NCBI GenBank assembly: GCA_030390025.1
Contig: CM059438.1
Coordinates: forward strand, 65,722,001 to 65,786,000
Length of the DNA: 64,000 nucleotides
Direction of reading: 5' to 3'
Source: Squalus acanthias
Lineage: Eukaryota
Positions 63,911 to 64,000 of this stretch are shown one piece after another; the stretch's first letter is position 1; each line of letters begins with the position of its first letter. Below the pieces are notes generated by a model that saw only the letters and a program-made list of their open reading frames with translations, did not search any database and was not told the DNA's origin. A program made the position numbers and the translations under genes.

Positions 63911-64000
63911 AACCAGATATGTCAAAACGTCTTGTCCAGGTTCAATCTGGCTCCTTGGGCATTCTTTCCGAATTGGATGGGTATAAGCAAATCAAAGATT

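Overview
This is eukaryotic, repeat-dense DNA, most likely intergenic or intronic. The repeat repertoire points to a cartilaginous fish (shark or ray). I recognised no host protein-coding gene, tRNA, rRNA or CRISPR array; the ORFs with recognisable products are transposon remnants, and most of the rest are antisense shadows, minisatellite artefacts or short unassigned frames. Retroelements include many Deu-domain SINEs, two other tRNA-type SINE families, an LF-SINE-like copy, CR1, L2 and RTE LINE fragments, two Penelope-like elements (PLE; RT plus GIY-YIG) and a 1.5-kb solo LTR with a 4-bp TSD. DNA transposons include a fossil two-gene PIF/Harbinger element, several Harbinger-type MITEs with 3-bp TSDs and a pogo/Tigger MITE. 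There are also two minisatellites. Three things stand out. (1) Short non-coding, TSD-flanked PLE-derived inserts with inverted repeats carry minimal hammerhead ribozyme motifs, including a ~420-bp palindrome with one hammerhead on each strand. (2) Two Harbinger MITEs share an internal cassette of clustered consensus splice sites followed by four tandem hairpins; the first two hairpins keep their structure but not their sequence. (3) Insertions are nested up to three levels deep with readable TSDs. Family names come from motif recognition, not database searches, and boundaries without a TSD are approximate.
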